A DNA stretch of 63,360 nt, counting the filler, from Porpidia crustulata (taxonomy: Eukaryota): NCBI GenBank assembly GCA_964255105.1. It is 10 parts of 10 records of this genome, joined end to end, with 100 filler letters (N's around TTAATTAATTAA, not from the genome) between each part and the next. Parts side by side here need not be neighbours in the genome. Positions count along the whole stretch, not along the records: positions 38,111 to 44,351 come from CAXUWE010001599.1; positions 44,452 to 50,691 come from CAXUWE010001600.1; positions 50,792 to 57,028 come from CAXUWE010001601.1; 7 more parts are not named here. The stretch is one strand, 5' to 3'. This document shows positions 39,014-51,113 of the stretch, piece by piece. Made by a program: the position numbers and the translations under genes. The notes below the pieces were generated by a model that saw only the letters and a list, made by a program, of their open reading frames with translations, was not told where the DNA came from and searched no databases. Positions within the stretch are counted from its first letter, which is position 1. Every line of letters begins with the position of its first letter.

Positions 39014-41380
39014 ATGAGGCCAGACTTTACGCAATGCGCCAGCGATTTTCTAAACGGCTCTGCAGATACCATTAGTAAATACATATATCAAGGACCCGTT
39101 CAAGGAATCCTCGCGAATGCTGAAACACCCATACTGATGACCGTCCAGGGTTGCAGGGAATTATGTGGAACAGGTGTAGATTATTACTCATGGAAAGATG
39201 CAAGCAATACAATTACAACATGGCTTTTGCCCATATGTGGGTTACTATTGCAGGTTCCTTATGAAAGCAACAAGAATTGGACAACGGTTCTCGTTCTGGG
39301 TCGTTGGGTGGGAAATCCTATTTCTAGCCTTGCTTATCTGTTTTGGAATATCAAAATCACTGGCAAATGCGCCTTGATGGTGGACATGGCCACGAGATAC
39401 GAAGAATTCCCGGCCGAAGATTCAGAATTCTCCTTGATGCGAGACTCGTTATTCATCCTATGTGTAATGAATCAATGTGGGTCATTGCATTTGCCGTTCC
39501 ATAGATTCTCATAGTAAATCGCTGATTCCAACAGATTCCTTCAAGCCTCAATTGCCTCCGATAGAGAGTGAGCGCTTGCTCAGACTAGCTTTATTTAGTA
39601 ATATACTGGAGCTGAAGGGGCCCCAGGAGAGCCCACCTAGTCTCGTTAGCCGGCGTACCGAATTAGCAAAAGGGCTTCGCGAAGGACGCAAGAAGGGTGT
39701 CATACCTGTCTTCATTTCTTTCATGTGGTTTGTATTTGCATTAGCATTGTCTGTGCAGCTTGCGTTTTGGGCTATTGGAGACAATGCGACTGCACATAAT
39801 TTGGCTATTGGCTACCTCATGGGCTGGCTTCCTATACTGGTGCTCGCATGCACTGTCGACCGTAATATCGCGTCTGCAGATTCGATATGTGTAAAGTTTA
39901 ATGCTCTTATAGAGGATGTTCGGCAAGCTCTGCTAGACACTGAGATCTTGGAGAGATACAAGAAAAACACAAATACAGGCTCGGAGGATTTCGCCTGGAT
40001 GTTACCTCTCTATGACAAGACTGTTTTTGATGGAATCTTCTTCACCGACTTTGCCGGCCAGGGCAGGACACATTGGCATTACGGAGTGGCTCATCCAATT
40101 CTAGCGGGCATTGAGGCCAAATTCTTGGCACAGTATGGACGCGATTGGATGAGAGACGGATTTGCGGCGAGGCTGGCGATTGTGGTAGGCTCTCGAAATC
40201 TCAACGGACTGAAGATGTTTGACCCTCGCATGGTTTGGCAAATCACGAGTTCATTATTCGTCGTTTTAGGGTCTGTCGGTGGCGCATTTATATTGTCCTG
40301 TAAGGCCTTGCCTCACCTTCGCGACCACTTACTGATCTCTTTGCCGATTTCACTCCTACTGTTGGTCTCGGATGCAGGAGTGGTGGATACTTCGTCTACA
40401 TGGTCGTAGCGATCGCGCTTCTCTTTATTGAGCTATCTGTATGGTGGCTTACTCATGAGACGACACACACTCCTAATGACCCAATTGCTCGGATTGGTAT
40501 TGGGTTGGAGCATCGTCTTACCGCTACCGGTGCCTCTGTCCGGCATAGGTGGCAGAGGCGCTTTTGCGACATGTTGAGAGCCTCCTGCGCCAAATGGACC
40601 TTTCGGGACATAACAAGGACTTTTGTTATAAGGCCGCTGGAGATCTTCAATTCCGGCTGGCTAGCGTATATTATTCTGGCACAAGTGTTCGGAGCGTATC
40701 AGACATGTAATTGCATGGCAAGTCTATGGACTTCACTTGGGGTAAGGCAATGTTCCACCAGTTCACAATATGCTGATACATAATTATCCAGGGCTATGTG
40801 GATCTGCAGTCGTCAGGACTCCGGGATCTCAAATCCCCCTTCGCGAATATACTGACACTGCTACAGGTACGATGACTACAGAAAGCTCGGCATATACGCC
40901 TACTGGGAAGCGGCGACTGGCATATCTCTCACAGTCATGGCCGGCGGCCTCGCTTACATTGTTGAAGAATACTGTACGCAAAGCCATCTCAGTACTGAGG
41001 ACTATGGCCGAGCCATGCAGGGTCTCAAACAGACTCGGCGGTTCAAGAAGCACACGCTATTCATAAGGGTGATCCCAGATTACATTATCAAGACAACTAA
41101 GTCGCTTGCCTACAAAATAAGCGGTGGCAAGATACGGTTGGAAAGACGAAGTTTGGTTTGGTCAACGAAAATCAGGGATAACCCACAGCTGTTTCTTCCC
41201 AAAGAAGGTAGCTCCAGCCTCGTACTACAGGAAAGTAAAGGATTCGGAACTGTACGAACTAGTCGCGAAGTCTCTGAGCCAACGGATCGGCATGAGGTCC
41301 AAGTGAAGGTAAACCATGTGACGAGCTCGTCTTTTCCACCTTCGCGTGTATTGGATGTCGAAAAAGGCCTTGATCAATAG
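39014..41380 (+). CDS. fungal multi-pass membrane protein of unknown function, ~5 exons; one splice acceptor is non-canonical or mutated
   Basis: GCRELCG, TWLLPICGLLLQVPYESN, HNLAIG, FAGQGRTHWHYGVAHPIL, TPTVGLGCRSGGY, GAYQTCNC, EEYCTQSHLST; several hydrophobic helices; intron 40300-40346 ends in CCG. Confidence 0.75.
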
Positions 41381-42130
41381 CGTCCGAGTCATCGATAGCG
41401 TTATCGTCATGGAGAGATTCGATCGATAAGGCAGATGATCAGTAGCATACATGTTCGAAGCCAAGTCGCGTAAGATGGTTTTGGATTATGCGAGGAGCTA
41501 GAACCAAAGTGCCAGCAATCGTTATAAGACAGCCTGAATGAGAATCAGAATGAAGTCTTGCGGTTTCTGTTACTGCTTCCGAACACGCTTCTGTTGTCCG
41601 TGACGTTTTGTCGTTTTATTGTAATGCTCGTTACCACAAACCCATTGAAGGGTGACATGATCTTGTTCCAATTTCTCCAATCTTCACCGATATAAGAAAA
41701 GAGCTAGGGTCTATTGAAACGATGTACTATGATTATTTTCTTGAATGAATGAGTTGAAATGCAAGACTGTCACGATTCAGTGTAAGTATCAGCCTATCTG
41801 ACAACTTTCGTGAGAGGATGAACTAGAAAAGCCATCTCACTTCTTAAAGGAGCTTAACTGAATCTTCAATTCTTGTTCTCAATTTTATGTCTCGTTCCCA
41901 AGAGTTCCAGTCCTAGAGCTTCGAACTTTAGAGCGTAATACAGAAAGAATAATCGACTTAATCAGGGCTGACCGGATCCGCTCGCTGTAACAGTAATTCC
42001 CTTTCGCACAATCTACTACAAAGAAATTTTGGGTCCAAAGCAATGCATCTGGAGGCACTATTCTCATGAATGCTCTAGCCCCCTTATATCTCCGTCATCC
42101 GTCTTCGAGTCTATCACAATGTCAAATTTC

Positions 42131-43560
42131 TCAACCCTTTCCTTCATCGCCTGCAGCGTAAGGACTTGCAGCAAGGAGCCGTGGTCCATGCACCTAGAAT
42201 ATGAACGGCGCTGGGACTCCTATAGTAATAGTAATAAACGCTAGTAATATATTGGCTCAGCCGTAGCTAAGTCTAGCACATATGTACGGCGTAAAGACTG
42301 GAGAGCTGAACCTAGTTAAGCCTCTCAGCACGGCTACAGCGCTAACGGCACCGGCCGCATATTTGGGATACGCGTCAACCGAATAGTTGGTGATGCACTG
42401 ATACGCGATGATGGTACCAGACGAGGATAGGAACGTGCCAATATTGAGAACAATCCAGTGTGTCTGGGCCTCAGCGCTTCAGTCATAGCAGAGATTGCCA
42501 GCAACTTTTGTTCTTTAGCCTGCGATAAAGGCGATCGAGAAGGAGCGTGCAGAGCTGTGATCCAGAAAGTTATGACAATCCTAGCGAGATGTGATTGAGG
42601 CCGTCGATGCTGATGCTCTCTTGATATGTATCTGTCCAGAGACGCAGAAATTTTGTAGCTCGAGATACATGATCCCGTACAGATATGCGTGCCAGAGGGG
42701 TGGAATTTGGAGGGTAGGTTGGGTAGTCAGGAGACGCATAGGTTGCGAAATGCTTGTGCCTACTTTGCCTATCTCTCCAAGCATTGTTCACCAACGGGAC
42801 TCTTTATGGGAAGCTTCGGAAGGGAGATGTCGATGCTGTATTCTGCAGCTTTTGTCTCTTTCGTGCTAATGTGATCGGCGTATGTGTCTCACGAAGAAAA
42901 AACAAACCGATACCTTGCAGAACTGCATCTGCAATTGAAGTCGTATAGAAGACCCAGCGCCGATTAGAATAGTTGGTTATGAAGCCTCCTATGAGCAGGC
43001 CCATCGAAGGCCCTAAAAGCGGAACCAGGTTACAGATTGAGACCGCAGTCCCTCGCTCTTCTGCGCGGAAGCAATCACTAATGATGCCTATCCCGGCCTG
43101 AGACTGATTAGTATGCCTCAATATGTTAAGCGTAGGGTACCTGTACAGCTAATGGTGCGCTGCCTCCAATGCCACTCAATGCGCGGAATACCAAGAGCTG
43201 TGTAGTGGACCTGTAGGCACCGCAATCGGTAATAGAAATCTAGTAGATTAGACTGCCAATTTCGAGGACATAAACCCTGCCGTACGTTTCGGAAAGTGAA
43301 CCCATTGTTAGGGGTTTGGTGCTGTAAGTGAGGACGAAGATTGAGATGATCAGCTGGGACTCGATATCACGTGTGATATGAAGTTCCGTGCCTGGTTGGG
43401 GTGAGAGCGGGGGCGACCATGGAGGATGACACTGGGGATATGAAGACAAATAAGAACACAAGGACGGTAACGACGTATATTTAGTACTTGGTCCAAGTGA
43501 GTGGATTGGGCTTGTCTTGATCCTCGAAGGCATCCGTACGAGGAGTAGCCGACGGCGATA
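42131..43560 (-). pseudogene. MFS multidrug transporter (DHA1 family), heavily disrupted
   Basis: D..NPLTW, LSETYGR, ISDCFRAEERG, PLLGPSMG..IGGFI, FFLRETH, RPMRLL..QP, YSVDAYPKYAAGA; many stops (including Trp to TGA/TAG) and frameshifts. Confidence 0.85.
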
Positions 43561-44141
43561 TCGACCGTGTCTCTATTCCTGCTTCCATGCTAGTCTCTGG
43601 TATCGAGGAAAGCATAGTGAGGGAGGCTTGAATTGCTCTGCATTCAAACGATACGCGTTGGATAGTTTATGCTATCTCCGGAACTGTCCGATTAGAATAT
43701 TCTATACTCGCGATACGTTGCAAAGATGCCACAAGTCACCCACAGCCTTCGTATCGTGTGGGATGAATCTGATAAGGCGTTGATAATGGTTATGACCTCT
43801 CGGTAACGATGACGCTGAACACGAATAGGATACCATCACAGCTGCGATGGGAGATCTTGAAACATGAAGCGAGAGGATAACATTCGCAACTCTTACAAAA
43901 AATAACCGAGCTGCGAGTTAAGCTGCATCAGTTCTATCGAATCGGGACTGGAGCAACGAAAGATTGCGCCTTTCGATGCCGCATTTCTTTATCCGTACAC
44001 CTTCCTGGGCGCCTGGCACGCGGTTGAGAAGTCGATACAGAGAACAAGTCTCATTTATCATGCAAAACGTCATCATTAATTTAGAATATCATGCTCATCT
44101 AGAATATCATGCTTCATTTCATGTTAATCATCATTTACTAA

Positions 44142-44280
44142 ACGCTTTATCTCGCTGACGCTTTATCTCGCTGACGTGCTATCTCGCTGGCGTGCTATCT
44201 CGCTGGCGTGCTATCTCGCTGGCGTGCTACCTCGCTGGCGTGCTATCTCGCTGGCGTGCTACCTCGCTAGCGCTTTACCT
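44142..44280. repeat. minisatellite, 16-bp unit (consensus GCGTGCTATCTCGCTG), ~8.7 copies
   Basis: Directly adjacent units starting at 44142, 44158, 44174, 44190, 44206, 44222, 44238, 44254 and a partial unit at 44270. Confidence 0.93.
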
Positions 44281-44351
44281 AATTGTAACGGTTGTTCCTT
44301 TAACAACACAAGATATAAACAGAGAGAGTAATAGACTTTACTATAAGACTG

Positions 44352-44451
44352 NNNNNNNNNNNNNNNNNNNNNNNNNNNNNNNNNNNNNNNNNNNNTTAAT
44401 TAATTAANNNNNNNNNNNNNNNNNNNNNNNNNNNNNNNNNNNNNNNNNNNN
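44352..44451. other. artificial contig linker
   Basis: N44-TTAATTAATTAA-N44. Confidence 0.99.
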
Positions 44452-45951
44452 GATGGAAGGGGAGAGGTGGGGTTGGTGTGGGAGGAGGACGTTTTGGTGC
44501 GGGTTTTGGGGATTGAGGTGATTGTCGAAGGCGGGGAAGTCGAAAGAGGTAGACAGGGTTAGCTGAGGCTCCGACGACGTTCGTAGTTTGGGAAGGAAGT
44601 GGGGCACCTAGGCCGTTCATTAGCAGCTCCGGTAAAGTCTTCAGGACTTGATATAGCTTACTGTTGGTTGGTGTATTTAGGAGTGCGTTCGAAAGTATAT
44701 TTCCGTCTTCTTCGTCTTCCTCACCGTTAGAAAGCGGCTCAATATCTTCTTCATCCGAGTCCATCTCTACATCTGGAGGATGACTATTATTGGGCACTGC
44801 GTTGTATCTTGAGTACGAAGGATGCCACCGTGATGATTCAGGAACGTGCTCCAGGCTTGCCGAGATGTCGGCGTGGATCCCGTATCTTTCCGAAACGTAT
44901 CGAGTCACGTTGTGTCCATATGTCTCGAGATTACCGGAAGTAAGCCTACAGGAGCGTGGATCGAGACATGCAATAGCCCAACCATGACGCCCTACTAATA
45001 TCAACATACTGAACGGAAAACACTCGGCGAACATCATTCATAATTACCTATACCATACGGTCCAGGTGTACCGGAGTGGTGCCGCTCCGATGCTTTCATC
45101 AAAATCGTTCTCTTCCATATATCCCATATATATGTGGTTCCGTCAATGTCAGTACTGACGAGGTAACGTCCCAGCGTGTCATCTTCGGTATCACAGAAAG
45201 CAAGATTGGGAATGTTGTGCGTATGCCCTGCCAGGATAATCTCTCGGTCAGAGTCCCGCTGATCTGGCGAGTCGATATCTGGTCGTATTTGGTCAGAGAG
45301 TCCTGAGTCGTTCTCGGGGAGGGTGAACAGATCTTCATGACTGCGGGAAGAAAGACCCTCTGAGGGCGATCTTTGGCTTATGGCAAACGCAAAGACGGTG
45401 ATATGTCTTGTGTTCGCGCTAATGGCAATCAGACGAGCTTCCTTGTGTATGGCAATGCCCCATGCACTTTTCCCGACGTTCTTCTTGAAAAATGGTCGCA
45501 CCGGCTGATTTGGTGACGTTCCAATTTCAGATTCTGCCATCATGGAATTGAGTATGTGCCGGGTACTGTAGGCAACGACGTCGCCATCATCACAAGCAGC
45601 AATCACTATTTCTTCACTTCCCAGATCTCCAACAACGAGCTGGTTAGCGGCGTGAGGGTTTGCTTGATCTATGTATCCTTCTAGATCCTCCCTTGTCTTG
45701 GCGAGTTTGAACTCAAATTGCGGTTTATTTAAGATGATCTGGGTTGGATATTGCGGTTGATAGACATGAACGGTATCATTAAAGGCGATGAATAGAAGAT
45801 TATGATATTGTGAAAGGGCAGTCAGATTGTTGCGGTACCAAGCAACAGGCGGGGGATCCTGATTGTCCTTTTTTGGGAACCTCAGTTTTCCTGCTAGGTG
45901 GGAGCGATGTGCTACGTTAAGGGGTTTGAACCCTCTCCCAGTGTCTTCCAT
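44452..45951 (-). CDS. CRT10-like WD40 beta-propeller protein; 3' end cut by contig edge
   Basis: WYRNNLTALSQYHNLLFIA, NQLVVGDLGSEEIVIAACDDGDV, SAWGIAIHK, HTHNIPNLAF, STDIDG; continues after an intron into ORF 44452-45037. Confidence 0.75.
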
Positions 45952-46249
45952 GTCGACGATATATCAAGTATTTGCATTTTACAAGGAAATGCAAAGAAAA
46001 GGAATGGGAGCATACAATTCCCGAGGAAGGTGTTCGAATCTGTCACGTTTGTCCTGTAAGGCCGAGATTCACATGTGATAAGATAGCAGTTAGCGCAAGA
46101 TCGTCTTATCGATAAGAGATCACGCTTGTTAACGGCTTCTGTGGGAAGAGGTGGCGAAGCTTCATTTTTCTTTTCTTGTCTCATCTAAACATTAATTTTT
46201 CAGGGTAAATTAAAAAGGATTGTCCAGAAAGTTTTTGCGGACCACAAAA

Positions 46250-47612
46250 ATGGCTAATGATCGGGGAAAACGCGAAATAGTCGTTATTGGTATGGCACCT
46301 ATCATGGCAGGGTATACTTGCATTGCAACTGATTGAACACAGGGGGCGGTATTATTGGCTGTACGTCAGCCTACTTTCTTACGCGACATCCATCGTATGA
46401 TCCTGCAATACATAAAATTACCTTACTCGAGGCTTCAAAGATTGCCGGAGGGGCTTCAGGAAAAGCTGGAGGCCTTCTCGCGCTGTGGGCATATCCAAGC
46501 AATATCGTACCCCTAAGCTATAGACTACACGCTGAACTCGCAGTCGAGCATGGCGGTGAGAAGAAATGGGGATATCGAAAAATTCACTGCGGTCAATTGA
46601 CTGCCAACGGACGCCCGTTAGGCCAAGTGACAGGTAACAGGACGAAACAGAACGATGAATCTGTATCACTCCAGAAGAGCGATAAGAAGGCTGTTGGAAA
46701 AGTTGTCGCTGCAGGCGTACCAAAGGATCTTGACTGGTTTGCGGCGGATAGTGTCAAGAATTACTCCGAAATGGGAGATCCCTCGACCACTGCGCAGGTG
46801 CATCCATACCAATTTACCACTGCAATGGCTGAATTGGCGAGAGAAAAGGGTGCTGAGATTCTCCTTGGCTCTGTGACGAGTATCGATAAAGCTGGAGACG
46901 CCGTGCAGTCCGTTACTTACGAGGACAAGGACACATTACAGTCTCGCACGATACCTGCTACCGACGTGGTTATATCGGCCGGTCCGTGGACAAAAAACAT
47001 CTATCCATCGGCTCCAATTTCAGCGCTTCGGGCTCACAGTGTGACAATCAGACCGTCGAAACCCATATCTGCATATGCCGTCTTCACAGAGATATCGCTA
47101 CCTCGCGACTTCGGACGCACTGATACTTTTGTCAAAGCAAAGAGATTGCATGAAAAGCACGTCACGCCGGAGATCTATGCTCGACCAAATAATGAGGCCT
47201 ATGCATGTGGCGAAGGAGACACGCTGGTACCATTACCCAAAACAACAGCCGACGTCAAGACGGACCACGCGAGATGCCAAGATATTATCGACTATGTATC
47301 ATCCATATCTGATGAGCTTCGGGATGGCGAGGTCATTGTAAAACAAGCCTGCTATCTTCCAAACGTTCAAGCTGCTAGTGGAGGACCGTTGATTGGAGAG
47401 ACCGGGGTGAAGGGCCTCCTAATGGCTGCTGGTCATACATGCTGGGGTAACGTTAATCCGGGTGCTATCGGAGACTATGAATTGCTCAAGGTTCAACAGG
47501 TATTCAGAACGGTCCCGGCACTGGCAAGCTTATCTCGGAATTCGTCTTTGACGGCAAGGCAAAGAGTGTTAACATTTCGAGTCTGGATCCAAGGAAAGTC
47601 TTATCACGTTGA
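46250..47612 (+). CDS. FAD-dependent oxidoreductase (DAO superfamily, Tda3/Btn3-like)
   Basis: IVVIG|GGIIGCTSAY Rossmann motif, IAGGASGKAGGLLA, TAQVHPY, PEIYAR, QACYLP, AAGHTCWG|IQNGPGTG; 2 introns. Confidence 0.88.
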
Positions 47613-47966
47613 AGGACTGGGCTCAGCAGACACTATTACATATGTATATAATTTTATTTCTGGCGGATGGTTCAGGTCTTACGAAAGTTTGTACAAGTGT
47701 ATGATCCAAGGTTTGCATCGAATTGTTTTGCTTGTCACTTATCTAATGCCGTGAGCCGCGTCATTTGGCGCGTCAGAGGATCCCCGCCACTGCCCCCCAT
47801 GCCACGACTCGACTTCACCAGCCACATCAGCATACTTATCCCAAATTGACCAACATGACGGTCACCACCAGGAGAACTGTATGTTTTCTGATCATTCAGA
47901 GTAGCCTCAGTATCTTAAATAGCCTGCTTTGAAGTCTTCGTGACCGGGAGCGGCAGGTGACAAGTC

Positions 47967-50628
47967 ATGACTTCTCCGACGGCGCAGGACCCCCCACCAA
48001 AGTCGCCTTCAGCCTCTTTTTACGATCTCAGCGACGACGAAGAGGGAGAATATAATACTATAATGCATAGTGGCTCAGGGCGAGGTGTTAAACTCATCTT
48101 CTCGAAAAGCAAAGTAAGCCAATACTACTAAGTCGTCTACAGAAACTGATGGTTCATGCAGGTCTATGTTCATCCGACACCATCATCAAAAGACAATATA
48201 CCCGGCTTCATTGCTCTGGTGCAGCAAAAGCCTCCAGCGTCAGAAGTCGAGACGCGGCCAACATCTTCCTCTTCGTCCAAGACCCTCAAAGCTTCTTCCT
48301 ACCTTTTAGCTTGGCTACCAGAATCTTCTCTGGGGGAAGCGCACGATTCTTACGTCAAGGTGGATCTTTCGGACGCATCTTCTCCGCCGAAGCAAAATCC
48401 TCTCGTGCCTCAGCCACCTACGACATCTACCAACAGCGGCTCTGTAGGTACCTATGCTTTCGCGGTCCCTGTGAGCGAGATATACTCTTTGTTGATCAGG
48501 CCCCCTAGTCTGGGATGGTGGTTTGGAAGTGTGGTGATAAATACAAGAGGTGGTAATAGCTTCCCAGCTTTATTTTTCCACGACGATGAGTGTCAGTCAA
48601 CAATACTACAGAAAAAAAAACTCGTTCGGGAAAAATTCGATCCATTTAGTGAGGACGGGGGTACTTTTTGGGGTGGTGATGAGGTTTTGCGATGGTTGAA
48701 GAGATATGTGACAGTGGACAGGTCTGGAGCAGACCCCTCAGTATATCTCATCGAGCCAAGTCCGGAGGATAAATTAGGATTTGGCGGCAAACCTGAGTCG
48801 TCGAACGCCCCGAAGTCGCCAACCGGAAGAGCAGAGGGTCAGATTGGCATCGTGAGCGGTGGCACAGCTTCACAAGGAAGTCGAGATGCCAGTATGGATC
48901 CACTTACGAAAGCATTGAAACAGGCGAGATGGAGCTTCTTAGAGAAGATGAGTCAAGTCACGAACTTTACCAGAAGAACCGCTCAAGATATAGTGGAAAA
49001 CCCGAAAGTCCCTCCTCAAGTAAGGCGATTAATGAAGAACCCAGAAGTCCAAACACTACAAGATGAGTTCGATAGCGCAAGAGTGTACCTTGCTCGATGG
49101 GCAATGAGCATGGCAGAGCAAAGCGAAAAGGACCGAAGTCAGCGGATTTTCACGGCGCAGGATGTCTTGGAAATGGAGGACAGTGATGTAGGTGAATTCG
49201 AGATTCTTGACATGGAGGCTGCAAACATGTCCCTGAAGGACAAGAGGACGCCCGTAACACTAAAAGAATGGAATGGCTTTTTTGATGCCCAGACGGGCCG
49301 TTTACAGATCACAGTCGACGAAGCTAAGGAAAGAATATTTTTTGGTGGTCTGGATTCCACTGATGGTGTCAGGAAAGAAGCCTGGCTTTTCCTCTTGGGA
49401 GTGTACCCGTGGGGGAGTACTTCGGATGAGAGGAAAGCTATCGTCAATAGCAAGAGGGATGAGTTTATCAGACTGAAAGGTGCCTGGTGGGGGCGTATGG
49501 TTGATGGTAGTGGAACACCAGAACAGAATGAATGGTGGAAAGAGCAAAAAGGCAGGATAGGTAGGCTTCTCGAGATTGAATTACCATAATTTCAAGAGGC
49601 TGACATGTCCCATTGCTTGGGGTTCAACATGTAGAAAAAGACGTCCACCGGACCGATCGTCATATCCCGCTTTTCGAAGGAGAGGATATACCTCATCCAG
49701 ATCCCGATTCCCCATTCGCAGATGTTGGCACAAACGTCCACTTAGAACAAATGAAAGACATGCTTCTGACCTATAACGAGTATAACCGGGAGCTGGGCTA
49801 CGTTCAAGGCATGAGTGATCTTCTCGCACCGATTTACGCGGTCATGCAGGATGACGCTGTAGCCTTTTGGGGCTTTGTTGGCTTTATGAAACGAATGGTC
49901 AGCTCTTTCCCACCTCCTAAACCATCTGCTCGTCCACTGACCGTCAAAAGGAACGCAATTTCCTCCGTGATCAATCCGGCATGCGCGCCCAGCTCCTCAC
50001 CCTCGACCACCTCGTCCAACTCATGGACCCTACCCTCTACCTCCACCTCCAATCCGCCGACTCCACCAACTTCTTCTTCTTCTTCCGCATGCTCCTCGTG
50101 TGGTACAAGCGCGAGTTCACCTGGCCCGACGTCCTACGTCTTTGGGAATCCCTCTGGACCGATCTCATGAGCAGCCAGTTCCATTTGTTTATTGCACTGG
50201 CGATACTGGAAAAACACCGGGACGTCATCATGGAGCATCTCAAACACTTTGACGAGGTACTCAAGTACGTAAATGAACTTTCGAACACCATCGACCTGCC
50301 TTCCACCCTACTGAGGGCGCAAGCGCTCTTCCGCCGCCTCCAAAGAACTGTCGACGCCGTGGACAAGAAACACAATTTCCCCGCTCCCTCGACCAGGCAG
50401 CGGAAACCACCCGACGGCGAACGCCTGACCAGCAGTAAAGGCAAGAGCGCGACCACGGGCGCCGAAGTGGCGGGGAGCAGCCGTGGGAGCAGCGGTGGCG
50501 CGGTGGCGCAGGGGATCGGAGCCGAGAAGGAAAAAGTCATCAGCCCCGAGCTGAGGGCTTTGCTGAGCAGGGAGGTGGAAGTGCTGGATAAAAGCGTGGT
50601 CAAGGAGCATGGGGGCGGGATTGGCTGA
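47967..50628 (+). CDS. gyp7: Rab GTPase-activating protein Gyp7 (TBC domain)
   Basis: VKLIFSKSK|VYVHPTPSSKDNIPG, FPALFFHD, RKEAWLFLLGVY, RI|EKDVHRTDR (Arg finger), GYVQGMSDLL (Gln finger), FFRMLLVWYKREF; 3 introns. Confidence 0.94.
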
Positions 50629-50691
50629 GCTGGCGGATGGCGAAGATCATCACGGTTGGGGGGGCGGTGTTTCTGCTGATGGGAAAGGGGG

Positions 50692-50791
50692 NNNNNNNNN
50701 NNNNNNNNNNNNNNNNNNNNNNNNNNNNNNNNNNNTTAATTAATTAANNNNNNNNNNNNNNNNNNNNNNNNNNNNNNNNNNNNNNNNNNNN
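50692..50791. other. artificial contig linker
   Basis: N44-TTAATTAATTAA-N44. Confidence 0.99.
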
Positions 50792-51113
50792 GTCATTGGT
50801 ATAAAGCGTCCGTTCATGATCAGTTTCGTTGAATGACACCTTGATGCTACCTAGTGTGGACTTCTCAACACCTCCAGAAATCATCATTATAAGAAGTGTA
50901 CATTTTATCTTATATACAGCCTGCAAGCGTACAATCTCCACTAATGTACAATCTATTCTATTACTTCTCTCTTTTGGGATATCAACATTACCACAACGAG
51001 GCCGAATATGCCATACAACAGCTCCCATACACTCAATCAGTTTCATCAGAAACGTCTTCTATCGTCGCAATCCGTAAGTAGTACCAAGAATAAACGGTTG
51101 ATGGTACATGCCG

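Noticed and set aside
44142..44280. CRISPR-like array
   Set aside because: Units are directly adjacent with no unique spacers; no cas genes; eukaryotic context.
35293..45951. RNR1-CRT10 regulatory cluster (yeast CRT10 affects RNR expression)
   Set aside because: The genes are on different contigs separated by artificial linkers; proximity reflects length sorting.
50037..50610. Antisense ORFs over gyp7 (and similar ones over cysA, rnr1, HSP20 and the NLRs)
   Set aside because: Shadow frames of GC-rich coding sequence with no independent protein features.
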